Assembly (NCBI RefSeq): GCF_009914755.1
Contig: NC_060930.1
Source of the DNA: the human T2T-CHM13v2.0 reference genome, Homo sapiens
Reading direction: 5' to 3' (one strand)
Length of the DNA stretch: 64,000 nt
Shown piece after piece: positions 13,742 to 27,140 of the stretch. The first letter of the stretch is position 1. Each line of letters starts with the position of its first letter. The position numbers were made by a program, and so were the translations under genes. A model generated the notes under the pieces. That model searched no databases and was not told where the DNA came from. It saw nothing but the letters and a program-made list of their open reading frames with translations.

Positions 13742-13970
13742 CTTCTTTCTTATTAAACTGCAATGAAGAATGTTGAGCTCCATGACCTCCTGGGCTCCAT
13801 GACACTGTCTTTCAAAAATTAATTAGTGAATCGAAGGCTGAATCAGCCTTCTTTCAAGTAATCTTCTTGCTCTTCAATAAGTTAACTTCTTTACTCTCAT
13901 TATCAATGTCCTTTGCCTTGTCAGCAGCATTTAAAACATTATCTATTATTTCTGCATCACTAGCACAATG
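13742..13970 (-). mobile_element. Ancient Tigger/pogo transposase fossil, C-terminal region, Jerky-like
   Basis: Manual minus-strand translation: SDAEIIDNVLNAADK..KKIT*KKADSAFDSLINF, then a frameshift, then ERQCHGAQEVMELNILH. Confidence 0.6.
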
Positions 13971-16507
13971 TCAGTGGAATTGGGTGAGAGCCTTGTTGTA
14001 GAGCCAAACCTAATGGCAGGGTTAATCAGAGTGGCAGGATTAGCAGTGTCAAACCATCAAATGGGCAACAACTAGGTACTTGGATTGACTTAGTAGGTGC
14101 TGATGGTAACAAAGAGATGGATATCTGTCTGAATTGCTCTAGCAAGTAGTGAACAACATCAGGAATACAAGATAATTGAACTTTATGTGGATCAGCTACA
14201 AAACAGGCTACAAAAAATGTCTCCATGATAAACAAAGTATTTGGTAACTTGTTAAGATTAGGACAAATGGAAGCCTGCATAAAAATAAAGATTAGGATCA
14301 AAACCTCCGTTCAGTTTCACAGAATAGAAAAAATTGAATCTTAGAAGCAGATAACCTGCTGGGAAAAGGATATCTTGAAGTTTTTTTTTTTTTTTTAATA
14401 CAACCTGTCTGTGCTGGGGATTCTTCTACATATGAGCACTTCTGACAGATTCAAATTCCTTGCTCAATTTCCTTGCCCTTCTAACCAACACATACATGTT
14501 TTGTGCCATATAATGCTCCATTTACTTCTAATACAATCATTGTTATTATCAGACACTCCTTGTCTACATGTCATATTTTAAATATTTTATTTTATTTCAA
14601 GATGTTTTAAAAGTTGATAATTGATTATTGGCATCGTTATTCCCACTAGAATTTAATAAGAAGTGATTGTTGTTTAAATGATATTCTTAACTTTTCAAAG
14701 AATGCTTAACACAAAACAAATTAAAAGGAATAAAAATATTAAAGTCAAGTTATATTTAATGAATACATTAAAAAGTGTAAACATCTTCCTGAATACATAA
14801 CAGTAACACAATCCAGATTGTGATTGTTTTAGGGGAGCAAGGGGAAAGCATAAAACTGGGAGCAAAATTGTGGTCTTTAACTATTTATTAAGCAAAAATG
14901 TGAGAAAACATTACTGTTTTTAATTTCAATTTTGACAACTACATTTTTTATTTTGTTTTAATTTGCAGCTTCCCTGAACCTGAAATTAAATAAAAGTATA
15001 TAAGAGAAAGAGACAGAGAGAAAAACAGAGAAAGAATGAGAGAAATGGTAACCCTTTATTCCCTTGACGTATCTTTTCCTTAAATTAATCAAGTACTCTA
15101 TTCTGTCTCTGATAATCTGATTTCAGTTTTCCATCTGTTCTGATTCTTGCCATCTGCCCATCACTGATTTTGGCTCCATTGTGGCACACACTTTGAAGCT
15201 CATCTCAATTCAGTCCTGTGAATTATAGATATGAAAGGTACTGAGAACCAGAAAACATTTAGAACCATGTACCCCAGTATGGGAGCCCACAGAGAAGAAG
15301 GGGCAGATTCAGGACCAGGCCTGAGTGACAGCTACTTTGGTCTTCAGGACTATTTGAGAGATGGAGGGTGTTGGGCGGGATAGTGACATTCTACTTGAGC
15401 AACAGTAGGGTTGGATAAGCATGGGGGTTATTTGTGGTAACTGTACACAGGAGATTTGGGAAGGAATAGAGACAGTTCCTTCAACTGATTCCTAGTTTAG
15501 TATAGAGTGATAGAAAGAGGGATGAATGCATATAGATAGATTGATAGGTAGATCAATTTTTGTATGTATAGATGACATCTAAATGAGTAAATAAATCACT
15601 GAGACTAAATTTATATAAAACCATTCTCAACTAGATAAATCAAGTGAAAATTGAGTAGAGTAAGGCAAATTATATTGTGAATATTATTGAATAAAAGTTT
15701 AAATCACACGCTGCACTATCCCTCCACCTCTGCCCTCACACTCACAACCAGGTGGGGGATATATGAAGTCAAAATGTACTTTTCAAGTGCTTCTTGGGTG
15801 TGCACGTTTGTCTTCACCATGGAAAATCATGGCTTTTAAGATTATTTACATTTGCAAAACTCAAGATTGTGTCTGATGAAACACTGCACGCAAGAGTGGT
15901 CCAACTGAACCTATTTCTCTAAATATTGAGAAGACAATTCACAATGAAATGCTAAGCTATAATATCATAAGTATAATAAATAGACCAACCTCACTGGCAT
16001 TGCCAAACTACTAAGGGTCTAGATTGAATTTAGAAATCAGTTTTCTGAAAAGGGTACAATATTATATTGCAGCTTCATAATTTATTTATTCTTTTTGATG
16101 GGCCACCAAATTTTGCTTTCTAATGATTAGAGTGGCAAAATTGTGTTTGGGAAAAATCATGGCTTATTCAGTTGCATTTGTCCATAAAAATATTTCAAAA
16201 TTCCAATTAAGATTGGGACAGAGACAGGACAATTTCTAATCTCCTGAGACCAATTTTATAAAGTTTTCCAAATGAATAACACAGAGTATAACATTCATTG
16301 GCAATTTTCAATCATTTTGAATTTTTATATTTAATTGTAACACTATAAGTTTTGAGCTTATGTAAAATTTTGCTAATCTTCAATAGTCATATTTTCACTA
16401 ATTTCTATTCATGTGTGATTGTCTCCAAATTGCACTGTAAAAGTTATACATTATTTTTCCTAATTTCTCTTTACTCATATTTGGCACATATTTTTAAAAT
16501 ACATATA

Positions 16508-16985
16508 TGATAGTTGTTGTTATTTGTCTTGCAAATGCTAGTCTCTCCTTCTACAGGGGTATCCTTCTTATTTATTATCTGAGAATATGGCCACCTGGAA
16601 AAAATGCTATGATATCCGATCCTCATTGAAACTAGGGTATCTGTAAGAAATTAAATTTTGGGCAATGGGTTGTGAACAGAATTGGCATAAGCAACTTCTA
16701 GGAAACATCTTTTTAAAAAGTGAGCATGTCCAATTCCTTCTCTTTTCCTCCTTTTTACTAGTTGCAATCAGACATAGTGACTGGAGCTGCTTTGAAAGAC
16801 ACTTAAAATCCAGTGTTTGAGTATGATGACTAAAAAGGTAGACAGTGCTTGAGTGCCTGATAATAATGCAGTCATCATTATCAACCTGGAAAGCTGATGT
16901 GGAACTCTATGTGAAAGGGAAATACACTTTAATTTTGATTAAACCAGAGTTTTCTCCACTTCTAGTTATACCAATCCTAAACCCA
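16508..16985 (+). mobile_element. MLT1J/K-type MaLR LTR
   Basis: gaatatggccacctgg..gcaacttctaggaaacatct..gactggagctg..gaaatacactttaattttgattaaacc. Confidence 0.7.
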
Positions 16986-19243
16986 TGTTTTATGATGTAT
17001 TATTATATACTATAGCCATCTCTATATATTTTTTCTGTCTAGGAGGCAAACTACAAAATAAAAGGATTGTGTGAACACTTAATGTTTAGTCATTGGCTAT
17101 ATTATAGCAAAGAATGAATATTTAAATGCCCTGGAGTATTTTATTAGATTGAATCTGACACATATGAAATTTTTTCTCACCCTTCCAGAAGGGGGATAAG
17201 TCCTGAAGACTTTTCTACTCACTTTCACTGCCTTTGCTTTCCACAGATGCTCCTTCACTTTCTACTTCCTCCATTTCTAATTGTTATTTAATTTGCATCA
17301 CATCATTGATTTTTCCTCTGTCCATTCACTATTATTCTATTTATTTATTTCTACCTTTCCTGGGCTTCCATTATATTTCTTGGTTTGTAGGAACATTGTT
17401 CTAGAGTTCGAGGGCATTTTTATTTCTATTGACAAAAGGACCAATCACATCTCAGGTCAAGCAATTTTTGAAAATCTGCTATCACTTCTTTCAAAACTGA
17501 CTGTGGGAATCCTTGTTTTTCCCCTCTCTCTCCTACATTAATATGTTTGTCTTAAACAATGAATATGCTGAACATCAGAAAGAAAAATAATCTGTATGTT
17601 TAAAATGCTTTAAGAGTTTCTAGAAAGTATTAAGGATATTATAAAATAACACCTCTATTCTACTCTTTCAAATACTAGTGATGCTGCTTCTCAATTTAAT
17701 AATAGAAAACTAATGATTATTTCTAATCATTATGTAATATTGGTTTATATCTTCACATAAAACAATTTACTGTTTCTATACAGCTGAATCTCAGGCCAAC
17801 AGAATGGAAAGGTGTAAGTATTACAGAAGCACGCTGTTGCAGCAGAGTTTTGAAAATCTTCAAATATTTGAGTCTGGTTTAAAAAAAATCACAGAAGTAT
17901 AAATCGCATAGTTCTATAAATACGTACCTGACATTTTAAAAAGACAAATTAAAGCAATTTTAATTGCACTCTAAAGCGGAATGTGACTCTTGGAAGGATA
18001 AGAACATCAGTAAAATAGCTAATTCTTTGAAATTCAACTTGTTCCATAGAGTATATGTGAAACAGATCTGAATTAAAATACAGTATTCTGACAGTACCAG
18101 TCATTAACCTGAAATCAAAATAAGGGAAATACTGCTGCCAGCCATGGCCTTAACATATGATGCTGTTTTCTTCATTTTAAATATTTTTCCTGACAATTCT
18201 AAGTTATTTCTCATGAGAAAAGTTGAGTTAAGTCATCCCCAGGAAAGTGAGTCATACCATTTAAACACACAGGAGTACCATTCTGTGGATGAGTAAATGA
18301 GATCAGTTCTATTTCCACCATGCCAGATGCTATACATTTTCTGGAAAGGCTCAGGATTTCAGGTCTTTAGTGAGACTTCCCGCTAAGCTGAACATCTGTT
18401 CATAATATATTGTACACTTGCTAGAAACCTAAGAATGCTAAAATGATTAGAACATCTTGATTGTGTTTTCCAATAGTATACAGACAAAAGAAGATGTCGA
18501 ATTGGAGCACTGAGCAAGCAACAAATCAACTCTCAGCCACTATCCAAATAAGTACCATCTTGTTTCCCCACTACTTTCATTTATCAGTTGTTGGAAATGT
18601 TTATGAAAATATAATTGAGATATTACTTCAAGAAAATCCCATGCCTTTGTCCCTGAAATAAATGAACGGCCAACGATAAGGATATTTAGAAAAAAAAACA
18701 ATTTTTATATATGGAAAATCATATCCATCACTTTAAGTGTTTTAATTTCCTTGGCTATTTTGTCTGTATTGTTTCTCTATACCCCTAAAATTATGAAGTA
18801 ATGAATACAATTAGCATAACCTTATAGGACATATGGAATTGATTGCTTTGTGAAATTGATCTTCCATTTAAACATTCTCTTCTTCCATTAGTTTACATCT
18901 GGTCATTTACCAAATTATTTCTTACTTTTTTTAACCAATGACCTTTTATCTCAAAATATTATATTAAAAATGTGTATAGTCTATTGGGAACATTCACACA
19001 ATTACTGTAATGAGCATAAAAAGTACTCAAGTCAATGTACATTTTTGCAAATAAAAACAATAAGTTCTCTCCTACTGAAACAGTTCCCTTATTAAATCCT
19101 CTAGTTTATCCTCTAGATTGAGAAGAACAATAAGAATGCAATTATTCTCTTAGGCAGTACTCAATTAAGCAAATTTGATGCAATTAATTGAATTATATGT
19201 GGGGAAATTCTAAAAACCTGAATATCAGGAAAAGTTCATAACA

Positions 19244-20390
19244 TTCTTTTTATTATTATTATACTTTAAGTTATAGGGTACATGTGCACAACGTGCAGAT
19301 TTCTTACGTATGTATACATGTGCCATGTTGGTGTGCTGCACCCATTAACTCGTTATTTACATTATGTATTTCTCCTAATGCTATCCCACCCCACACCCCC
19401 ACCCCACGACAGGCCCCGGTGTGTGAAGTTCCCCACCCTGTGTCCAAGTGTTCTAATTGTTCAATTCCTACCTATGAGTGAGAACATGGGGTGTTTGGTT
19501 TTCTGTCCTTGCGATAGTTTGCTCAGAATGATGGTTTCCAGCTTCATCCACATCCCTACAAAGGACATGAAATCATTCTTTTTTATGGCTGCATAGTATT
19601 CCATGGTGTATATGTGCCATATTTTCTTAATCCAGTCTATCATTGATGGACATTTGGGTTGGTTCCAAGTCTTTGCTGTTGTGAATAGTGCCATGATAAA
19701 CATATGTGTGCATGTGTCTTTATAGCAGCATGATTTATAATCCTTTGGGTATATACCCAGTAATGGGATGGCTGGGTCAAATGGTATTTCTAGTTCTAGA
19801 TCCTTGAGGGATCACCACACTGTCTTCCACAATGATTGAACTAATTTACACTTCCACCAACAGTGTAAAAGTATTCCTATTTCTCCACATCCTCTCCAGC
19901 ACCTGTTGTTTTCTGACTTTTTAATGATTGCCATTCTAACTGGTGTGAGATGGTATCTCATTGTGGTTTTGATTTGCATTTCTCTGATGGCCAGTGATGA
20001 TGAGCATTTTTTCATGTATCTTTTGGCTGCATAAATGTCTTCTTTTGAGAAGTGTCTGTTCCTATCCTTCGCCCACTTTTTGATGGGGTTGTTTGATATT
20101 TTCTTGTAAATTTGTTTAAGTTCTTTGTAGATTCTGGATAATTAGCCCTTTGTCAGATGGGTAGATTGCAAAAAGTTTCTCCCATTCTGTAGGTTGTCTG
20201 TTCACTCTGATGACAGTTTCTTTGGCTGTGCAGAAGCTCTTTAGTTTAATTAGATCCCATTTGTCAATTTTGGCTTTTGTTGCCATTGCTTTCGGTGTTT
20301 TAGTCATGAAGTCCTTGCCCATGCCTATGTCCTGAATGGTATTGCCTAGGTTTTCTTCTGGGGTTTTTATGGTTTTAGCTCTAATAATTA
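19244..20390 (-). mobile_element. L1PA5/6-type LINE-1 3' end (~1.15 kb)
   Basis: Antisense tail ttattattatactttaagtt; ORFs 19461-20322 give the ORF2 C-terminus ([35 protein letters not shown]; [34 protein letters not shown]). Confidence 0.95.
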
Positions 20391-21859
20391 AGAGGAAAAG
20401 ATGGTTACAATTACAGGTGCAGGAGAGAGAAGACTTTTACTAAAAATCATGATCACACTTAGGTTATTATCATTTGATTTTTCATACCATCTTTGAAAAT
20501 GTGTTTATATCTTCATTTTGAATTTAATTCAGATGCAGAGCATAGTACTTTGAGAACTAAAACTAAGTGCTGGAATTTTCGAGATTTTAAAAAAATAATC
20601 GTGATCACATACACAGGGATCAGAATCAGTACCGTGCAAAACTAGGAAATAAGTTTGCCAAAGACCTGTGGAACTCTAGCTTCTCAGACTTAAAAAGCAG
20701 AGAGGTTTTTCAATAGTTCTGACCTGATTAGACATGTGAAAATTTTGTCATAGTTTTTATATAATTATAATATTAGATTGCTCAAGGGAAAAAGCGATTT
20801 GGTTGGTGAAATCTACTTCGACATCTCAACTTTCAGCATAGTTAGTAGATTATTCTAGTCACCTATAGATGATATGAAAACAAAAAGATATAGTAAAAAA
20901 GTTATGTCATAAGACATCTTACTTAAGCTGCTGATTCTCATGAGGTAAATTTAAGAAAATATAGCAGCTGCACCAAATCTCATGAGTTGGTAAAATCTGT
21001 GTGTTTTGCATACATCTTTCCAAATGGCCCAATTTGGAGAAATATCTCAGTAATTAGCAGTTAACCAAAAGGGAAAATCTCAAAATAGATTATTCAGACT
21101 AATGTACTATCTTCACCAGTTTATTTTGTAATAGGATTTGTATGTTCTATAATCCAAAGCACTGCTGAAAACATACCTAATATATGACCCAATCCATTTA
21201 CATATCTAAGAGGTATATATACATGTGCATGTGTGTATGTGTGTGCGTATTCCGATTTTGCTATTTTTCAAAAGTAACATAGCTTTTACCTATTGTTTTC
21301 ATTTATTTCTAATACATCAATTGTTGATAACATGGTTTGAAAAACAATAACTCCAAAAAATCTGAAAATTTTAAATAGATAGCAAAGCAATGTGTTCATA
21401 GTTCTTCATTTTTTTAGTTCAACGTTACAATTTTTTTTTGTTTAAGGTTTTTTTTGTTATATTTCCTTCACGAGTATTTAGTTTTATATTGTACAAAAGG
21501 AAATCGTGATTCATGTATTCTCTTGGTGTATATTTTTAGAATTCAGATTTCACTTTGAAAAGAGGTAAGATTGAGGTAATTGTTAGTGCTAACGTGATTG
21601 TAAGAGAACTTAGCTCCTGTGAAGGTACTAGTGTCTTTTTTTCTCTCTGTGATTCTTATAAGAGAGCACAGAGACACTTACAGATAATATTGTTGGCCTA
21701 TGCCTATGTTGAGTAGATATGAACAATGGGGGGAAAAAGCCACAAGGAGGGAAACAGATAAATGTACCAACTTTTAAATATTTCACAAAAAATCTCTGGT
21801 GTCAGACCTCACTTGACTTTCAATTGGAGTTATTAGAATATGAGAGGACTTTCTAGATT

Positions 21860-22240
21860 TCCAGGTATTTCTAGATTTTTTTTACAATGCATGTTTCAAA
21901 GCCTCTCATAATAAACTTGTGAAAAAAAATTGAGAAATACAAGGTTGGAAGAAAATACTCAAGTTAATCAACCAGACATTTCGTTTTATGAATGGGTCAA
22001 TGTTATAGCACTATCCTCTTCAGAATTTTTGTCAAAGACTTGGCAGAGACATTAGTGGCATCCTCAAATATGTTTAAGTTGATACAAGGCTGGAAGCGAA
22101 GGATTAAAAACACCTTTGGAAATTAGATTGATGGGCCATGTCTAACAAGAACTTTGGTAAAGATAAATGTCAATTTTCACTTAGATCTCAAAATCCGCTA
22201 AAACAGTGGAGGAGAGGCAAAACATACCTCCAACTTTTTG
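21860..22240 (+). mobile_element. L3/CR1 LINE reverse-transcriptase fragment
   Basis: aaagcctctcataataaacttgtg..gtcaaagacttggcagagac..gatacaaggctggaag..gatgggccatgtctaacaag..gataaatgtcaattttcacttag follows the L3 RT motif order. Confidence 0.65.
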
Positions 22241-23617
22241 AGGTCATAATAGGGAGGATATAAAGCACTGGATGGGAGAATGAAATAAATTACTGTCTTA
22301 GGTTTTATTCTACCTCTGAAGTTAAATAATTCTATAATGTATGTATTTTACTCCAGAAATTTGAGGATTGTTTTGAAAGTATTTATGAGTAAAAATGGTT
22401 ATATCTTTTTGGGCAGATAGAAATCTACTTGTTCCTGAAAAGATTACTCTTGGCTCTCTGGCTGTCTTTAAAATGATTGTGATATATCTAAGCTCAGTGA
22501 AAAAAATATAGTTCTAAAAATTCTTCTGAAATTAGAACACTTTAACTATTGTAAGTAGTCAATTCATTTTAATGTTGGAGAAAGAATTTGTCTGCTTTCA
22601 CCTTTAAGGAACTAGTTCTACTTCACTTAATATTACAGGAGATAGACTGTGTTCCTTTTACTCAAATAGAATAATAGAATAATTTCAAATGTGTATCAAA
22701 TATAAGGGTATAGTCATAATTTTGGTAGAAGAGATCCTTTTCATGTTATTTTAAAAAGTTATTTTTTAATAAAGCAAGTATTATATTGGCAATAAGATTA
22801 GGTGGAAATGGATTTATTACAAATGTTTTTTTTCAAATAAAATTGGTGCTACATTTGGTGTAAAAAAAGTTAAAAAAATGTAACATGGCAATCATATTAA
22901 TCTTATAAGAACATTCCTCCCAGTGAGGTACCAAGTTTAAAGTTCTTAAATAACCCAATTAAGGACCTTTAAGGAAGAGAAAGAGAAAGAAAGAAAGAAA
23001 AAAGAGCCTGGCCAAATGATGACTAATTAGAATGACAGGCGTTCTGAATCATGGGGGAGTCACAGTACCTAAGCAGTAAAAATAGCATCTCATTAGTCTT
23101 TTAAACACTATTCCCAGGTTTCTGTGAAATTGATATTTAATCACTTTCCCAGTGTGCAGCAGGCATTTATTACACAGGGAAGACATAGGGAGTGAAAAGT
23201 TTACAAAATGTCTGTCAATCTCTTCTCAATTTGAAAAATGATTCATTATAATGGGCCACCAGTGGCAGAGGACACTAAATAGGAGCCTGTAATTAACTTC
23301 CCTTCCTACTTTATTGATGGCATTTGGTGAGTTTTGAGATTAGATGGTGTATCTTGGGGGATGTAACCTATGGAACATGCTGTTCAATACTGTAAACTAC
23401 ATCTAAATCATGTCTACAGCTGTGTTAGTCACAATTCTAGATATTGGTTTTTAGAAATTTGGGGCTAAAGTATCTGGAATCTAAGTTTGCTATTCAGAAT
23501 AGTGTATGTAGAGAAACTGAAGGAAGAAAATGCATGTTTAAATTTGGGGGCACTTCTGTAAAGAACAAAAATGTACTTTAAGATGATAGAGCCCAACAAC
23601 TTTCTTTTAAAAATTCA

Positions 23618-23926
23618 GGCCAGGCATGGTGGCTCATACCTGTAATCCTAGTACTTTGGGAGTCTGAAACAGGTCGATCACTTGAGCCCAGGAGTTTGAG
23701 ACCAGCCTGAGCAACATGGGGAAACCCCATCTCTATAAAAAAAGAAAATACAAAATTAGCCAGGTGTGGTGGTGCATGCCTGTAGTCCCAGCTACTTGGG
23801 AGGCTGAGGCAGGAGGATCATCTTAGCTCAGGGAGGCTAAGGGTGCAATGAGCCATAATCTTGCCACTAAACCAGCCTGGGCAACAAACTAAGACCCTAT
23901 CTTAAGCAAACAAACAAACAAACAAA
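23618..23926 (+). mobile_element. AluJ
   Basis: Full dimer with cacttgagcccaggag; (CAAA)n tail. Confidence 0.95.
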
Positions 23927-24210
23927 ATGTCAGTACATTTAATATCTGATTTGTTTCTATCGAGTATTGCTATTCTTTCAGAAGTGTTGAAAAGTATTTT
24001 AGTATTGTTAGGTGCTTTAAACAAATTCAAAGTATGATTGTAAGGGCTATTGAATTTTGTCAATAAGTCCTAAATTTAGCTTTCATATACATATATAGAA
24101 CCAAAAGAAATGTCAATACAGCAACCATCCCTGTCTCCCCCACAAAAAACAAAGATTATTTTTCTGCATTTCATCAAGAAAACAGAAAAGGGCAAACACT
24201 CGAAATTCTT

Positions 24211-24393
24211 TTTTATTTATTTATTTTTTTATTTTTCTTTACATTCTGGGATACATGTGCTGAACGTGCAGGTTTGTTACACAGGTATTTGCCATGGTGG
24301 TTTGCTGCACCTATCAACCTGTCATTTAGGTTTTAAGCCCTGCATGCATTAGTTATTTGTCCTAATGCTCTCCCTCTCCTTCCCCGCCACCTG
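24211..24393 (-). mobile_element. L1PA8-type 3'-end-only insertion (~183 bp) with 16-bp TSD
   Basis: ggttttaagccctgcatgcattag diagnostic; TSD aacactcgaaattctt 24195-24210 / aacaccctaaattctt 24394-24409. Confidence 0.88.
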
Positions 24394-27140
24394 AACACCC
24401 TAAATTCTTTCATTCTGTTACTCATTTAACAGCCTTTATTTCATGGACATAGCATGACACATCTTGTTGGTGGTCACTCCGTAAGATGGTAGGAGATCCA
24501 TTATTTGTTTACAATTTCTATTCTAATAAAATATAGTCATGACATATTTACCATATTTCACATTGGTCAGTTGGTCTATTTTTGGTTTTCCATTCCAAAC
24601 CCCTCCTGGAAAAATAGTTTGTTTCACTAGTATAGGAGTTTGGTAGGGAGCTCTGGGCCATTTCTTGCGGAAGTATTACAGGGTTGTTGTCCTTAGGGAG
24701 CTCATATTCTGATGAAGGTAAAGACATGAGAACTATTATAAAATAATACAATAAATAGTTTTCTAGCATATGCTAAACCTTGGTTAGCAAGTGTTAGGAA
24801 AGCACTCAGAGCCAGTCTTCATCAAGGCTAAAAAATAAGTAGTATTAATAAATATATTAAAGTAACTCAAGAATCTTTAAACTTATATTCGTATGTCCAG
24901 TAGAATGCATTATTCTGTAAATCAGAAACTGCTTTTGCTAGAGTCACACTAAGTAAAATTCGGTAAATAATGACACTAAAATTTAATTTACTGAAGCAAA
25001 ATATCAAAACAGACATTTGCCTTGATTAAAAAAACAAGAATTATAAAAGGCGCTTCTGAAAATTGAATTATTACTTGACATCCACACCAAAATTAGTTTT
25101 TAATGTTCATATACAATTCAAAATTTAAAAGAAAATATATTGTATTCTATGTATAACTATTCCAACATCTGCAGCAGAATCATAGCATTGTTAAAACCTT
25201 CTTTATGCTATCATACATCCTTTACAAATCATGTGCTGAGAGCAAGACCTAAATTTTACAATGTACATTCCAATTTTCTATTAAGTGAGAACCCTCTAAA
25301 GACCACAAAGGGGCCAAATTATCTAAAATATTCAAGGTTTATTATATTTCCACTAAATTATCAATTTTGTAAAACAATTAAACAGGGAAAGCCAATTAGT
25401 GTAAAAGTGGTCTTTAGAGTATAATCATTAGTTAGAAGCTCGTTTGATAAGGTTAGGCACAAATCTAATAAATTAAACCCCCAGCAGAACCATAATAGAG
25501 CCTTAGTGGCAGTTTTTAACAGTACCAGTCTCTAAATAGAAACCACCAGAAATTAAGGAAATTAAAAAAAAAGAAGTTATTTTTGCCACAATCAACAAAA
25601 TCTCTGTAGAGTTAGCTATGTCAAGTAAGAATTAGAATAGTTTCTTAATTATGATCACTAGAAATTTATTTGTACTATGAATCAAAATTATTATTAGTTC
25701 CAGTTTCTTCCAATAGAGTATCGAGGACTATTGGTTAAATAATTATGAACAGAAGAGGCAAAATACAATAAAGCAAACACTTTGTAACGTTGGAAAAAGT
25801 AAAACAAGATTAATAAGGCATACTCATGCAAACCTGATCCACACAGCCATCACTGTACTGTAACATTCCTAGCCTCTGTTAATTATGCCTCATTTATGTT
25901 CCGTAAATATTATTTAAGTAAAATAAAGTAAATCAAAAGAGAAAAGAAATGGTGTGTGTGAATATATCTGTTTACATAACATGAACTCACTTAAATGTTA
26001 GACCAAAACGTCTGGGTTACTGAGCCATTTTGCATAGGAAGTTAGGCCATTATCACAAAAGAAGACGCAGCCTGAGCAAACCTATTAGCCTATTTGAATA
26101 AGTGAAAAGTTACCCACTTTAGAATAGAGTTCTGTTTTTTTAATCACACAAAGTATAAAATAAGGTCATCATAATTTATTTTTATAAACTTTTTTTTGGC
26201 CTCAGCTACTTACATTGCACTTAATTGCTATATGAATACACATGAATAAAAACTGTATAGATCATAAAAATTATGTTTTCTGTTCATCATTTCCTTCCAT
26301 CTTTACAAACTTAGTTCTTTAAATTCTAAAGGACGTAAATAATTCATATGATCAGATAATCTACTCATCAGTACATCCACATTCAAAACAGTACAAATTG
26401 GTCATTAGGGAACAGTTGGCTGATTACAATGTCTCTTATACCACCCCACACAAATATGTCCTTCAAGCGGTTATATAAACATTATAAGCAGTTCTTTAGT
26501 TCTTAATATTCTTTTAATTTCTCCAATATTTATGGGAATATATTCTAAAATTCACTTTTTAATACTGGTGCAATTTAATCATCTATTTTGATATATTTAT
26601 TTTCAAGTATCAATCTTTATTTTAAAATATTATGGGTGGATATTTTGTTCCTTTTCACCAAAATATTCTGAAGCTATACCTCATTAATGTAGTTGCATAA
26701 ATAATCATGCCAGATCCCTCATGTAATTAAGAAATAAAATAAAATGGGCATCTGTTTGTACAAATTAATAATGTGAATGATAAGATGCAGGTTAAAGTTT
26801 AACATAGAAAAAATTGGACATGGTGCATGAATACAAAATGAATTATTACATGGCTATGTAATTTTACTGCCACCACTTAGTTAATTATGCTGTATATCAA
26901 ACTGATAATTAAAGAAGCAAGCTCTTACTTCAGTGTTCCATTCATACAACTATCAATTACTATATACATTTAAAATTGTGATTAGACATAAATCTCACAG
27001 CAAGGTGTAATAACAAAATATACTTGGCCTCACTACTTGAGAATTTCACAAATGTACTCTTAAAATACATTTCAAAAGAAATTACAGTATCTCTAGCAGT
27101 CATAGCATGATAATTAAAATACATGAATATGGAATAATCT

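Noticed and set aside
23253-23270. CTCF-like gggccaccagtggcagag
   Set aside because: One base short in the core spacing relative to CCACCAGNTGGC.
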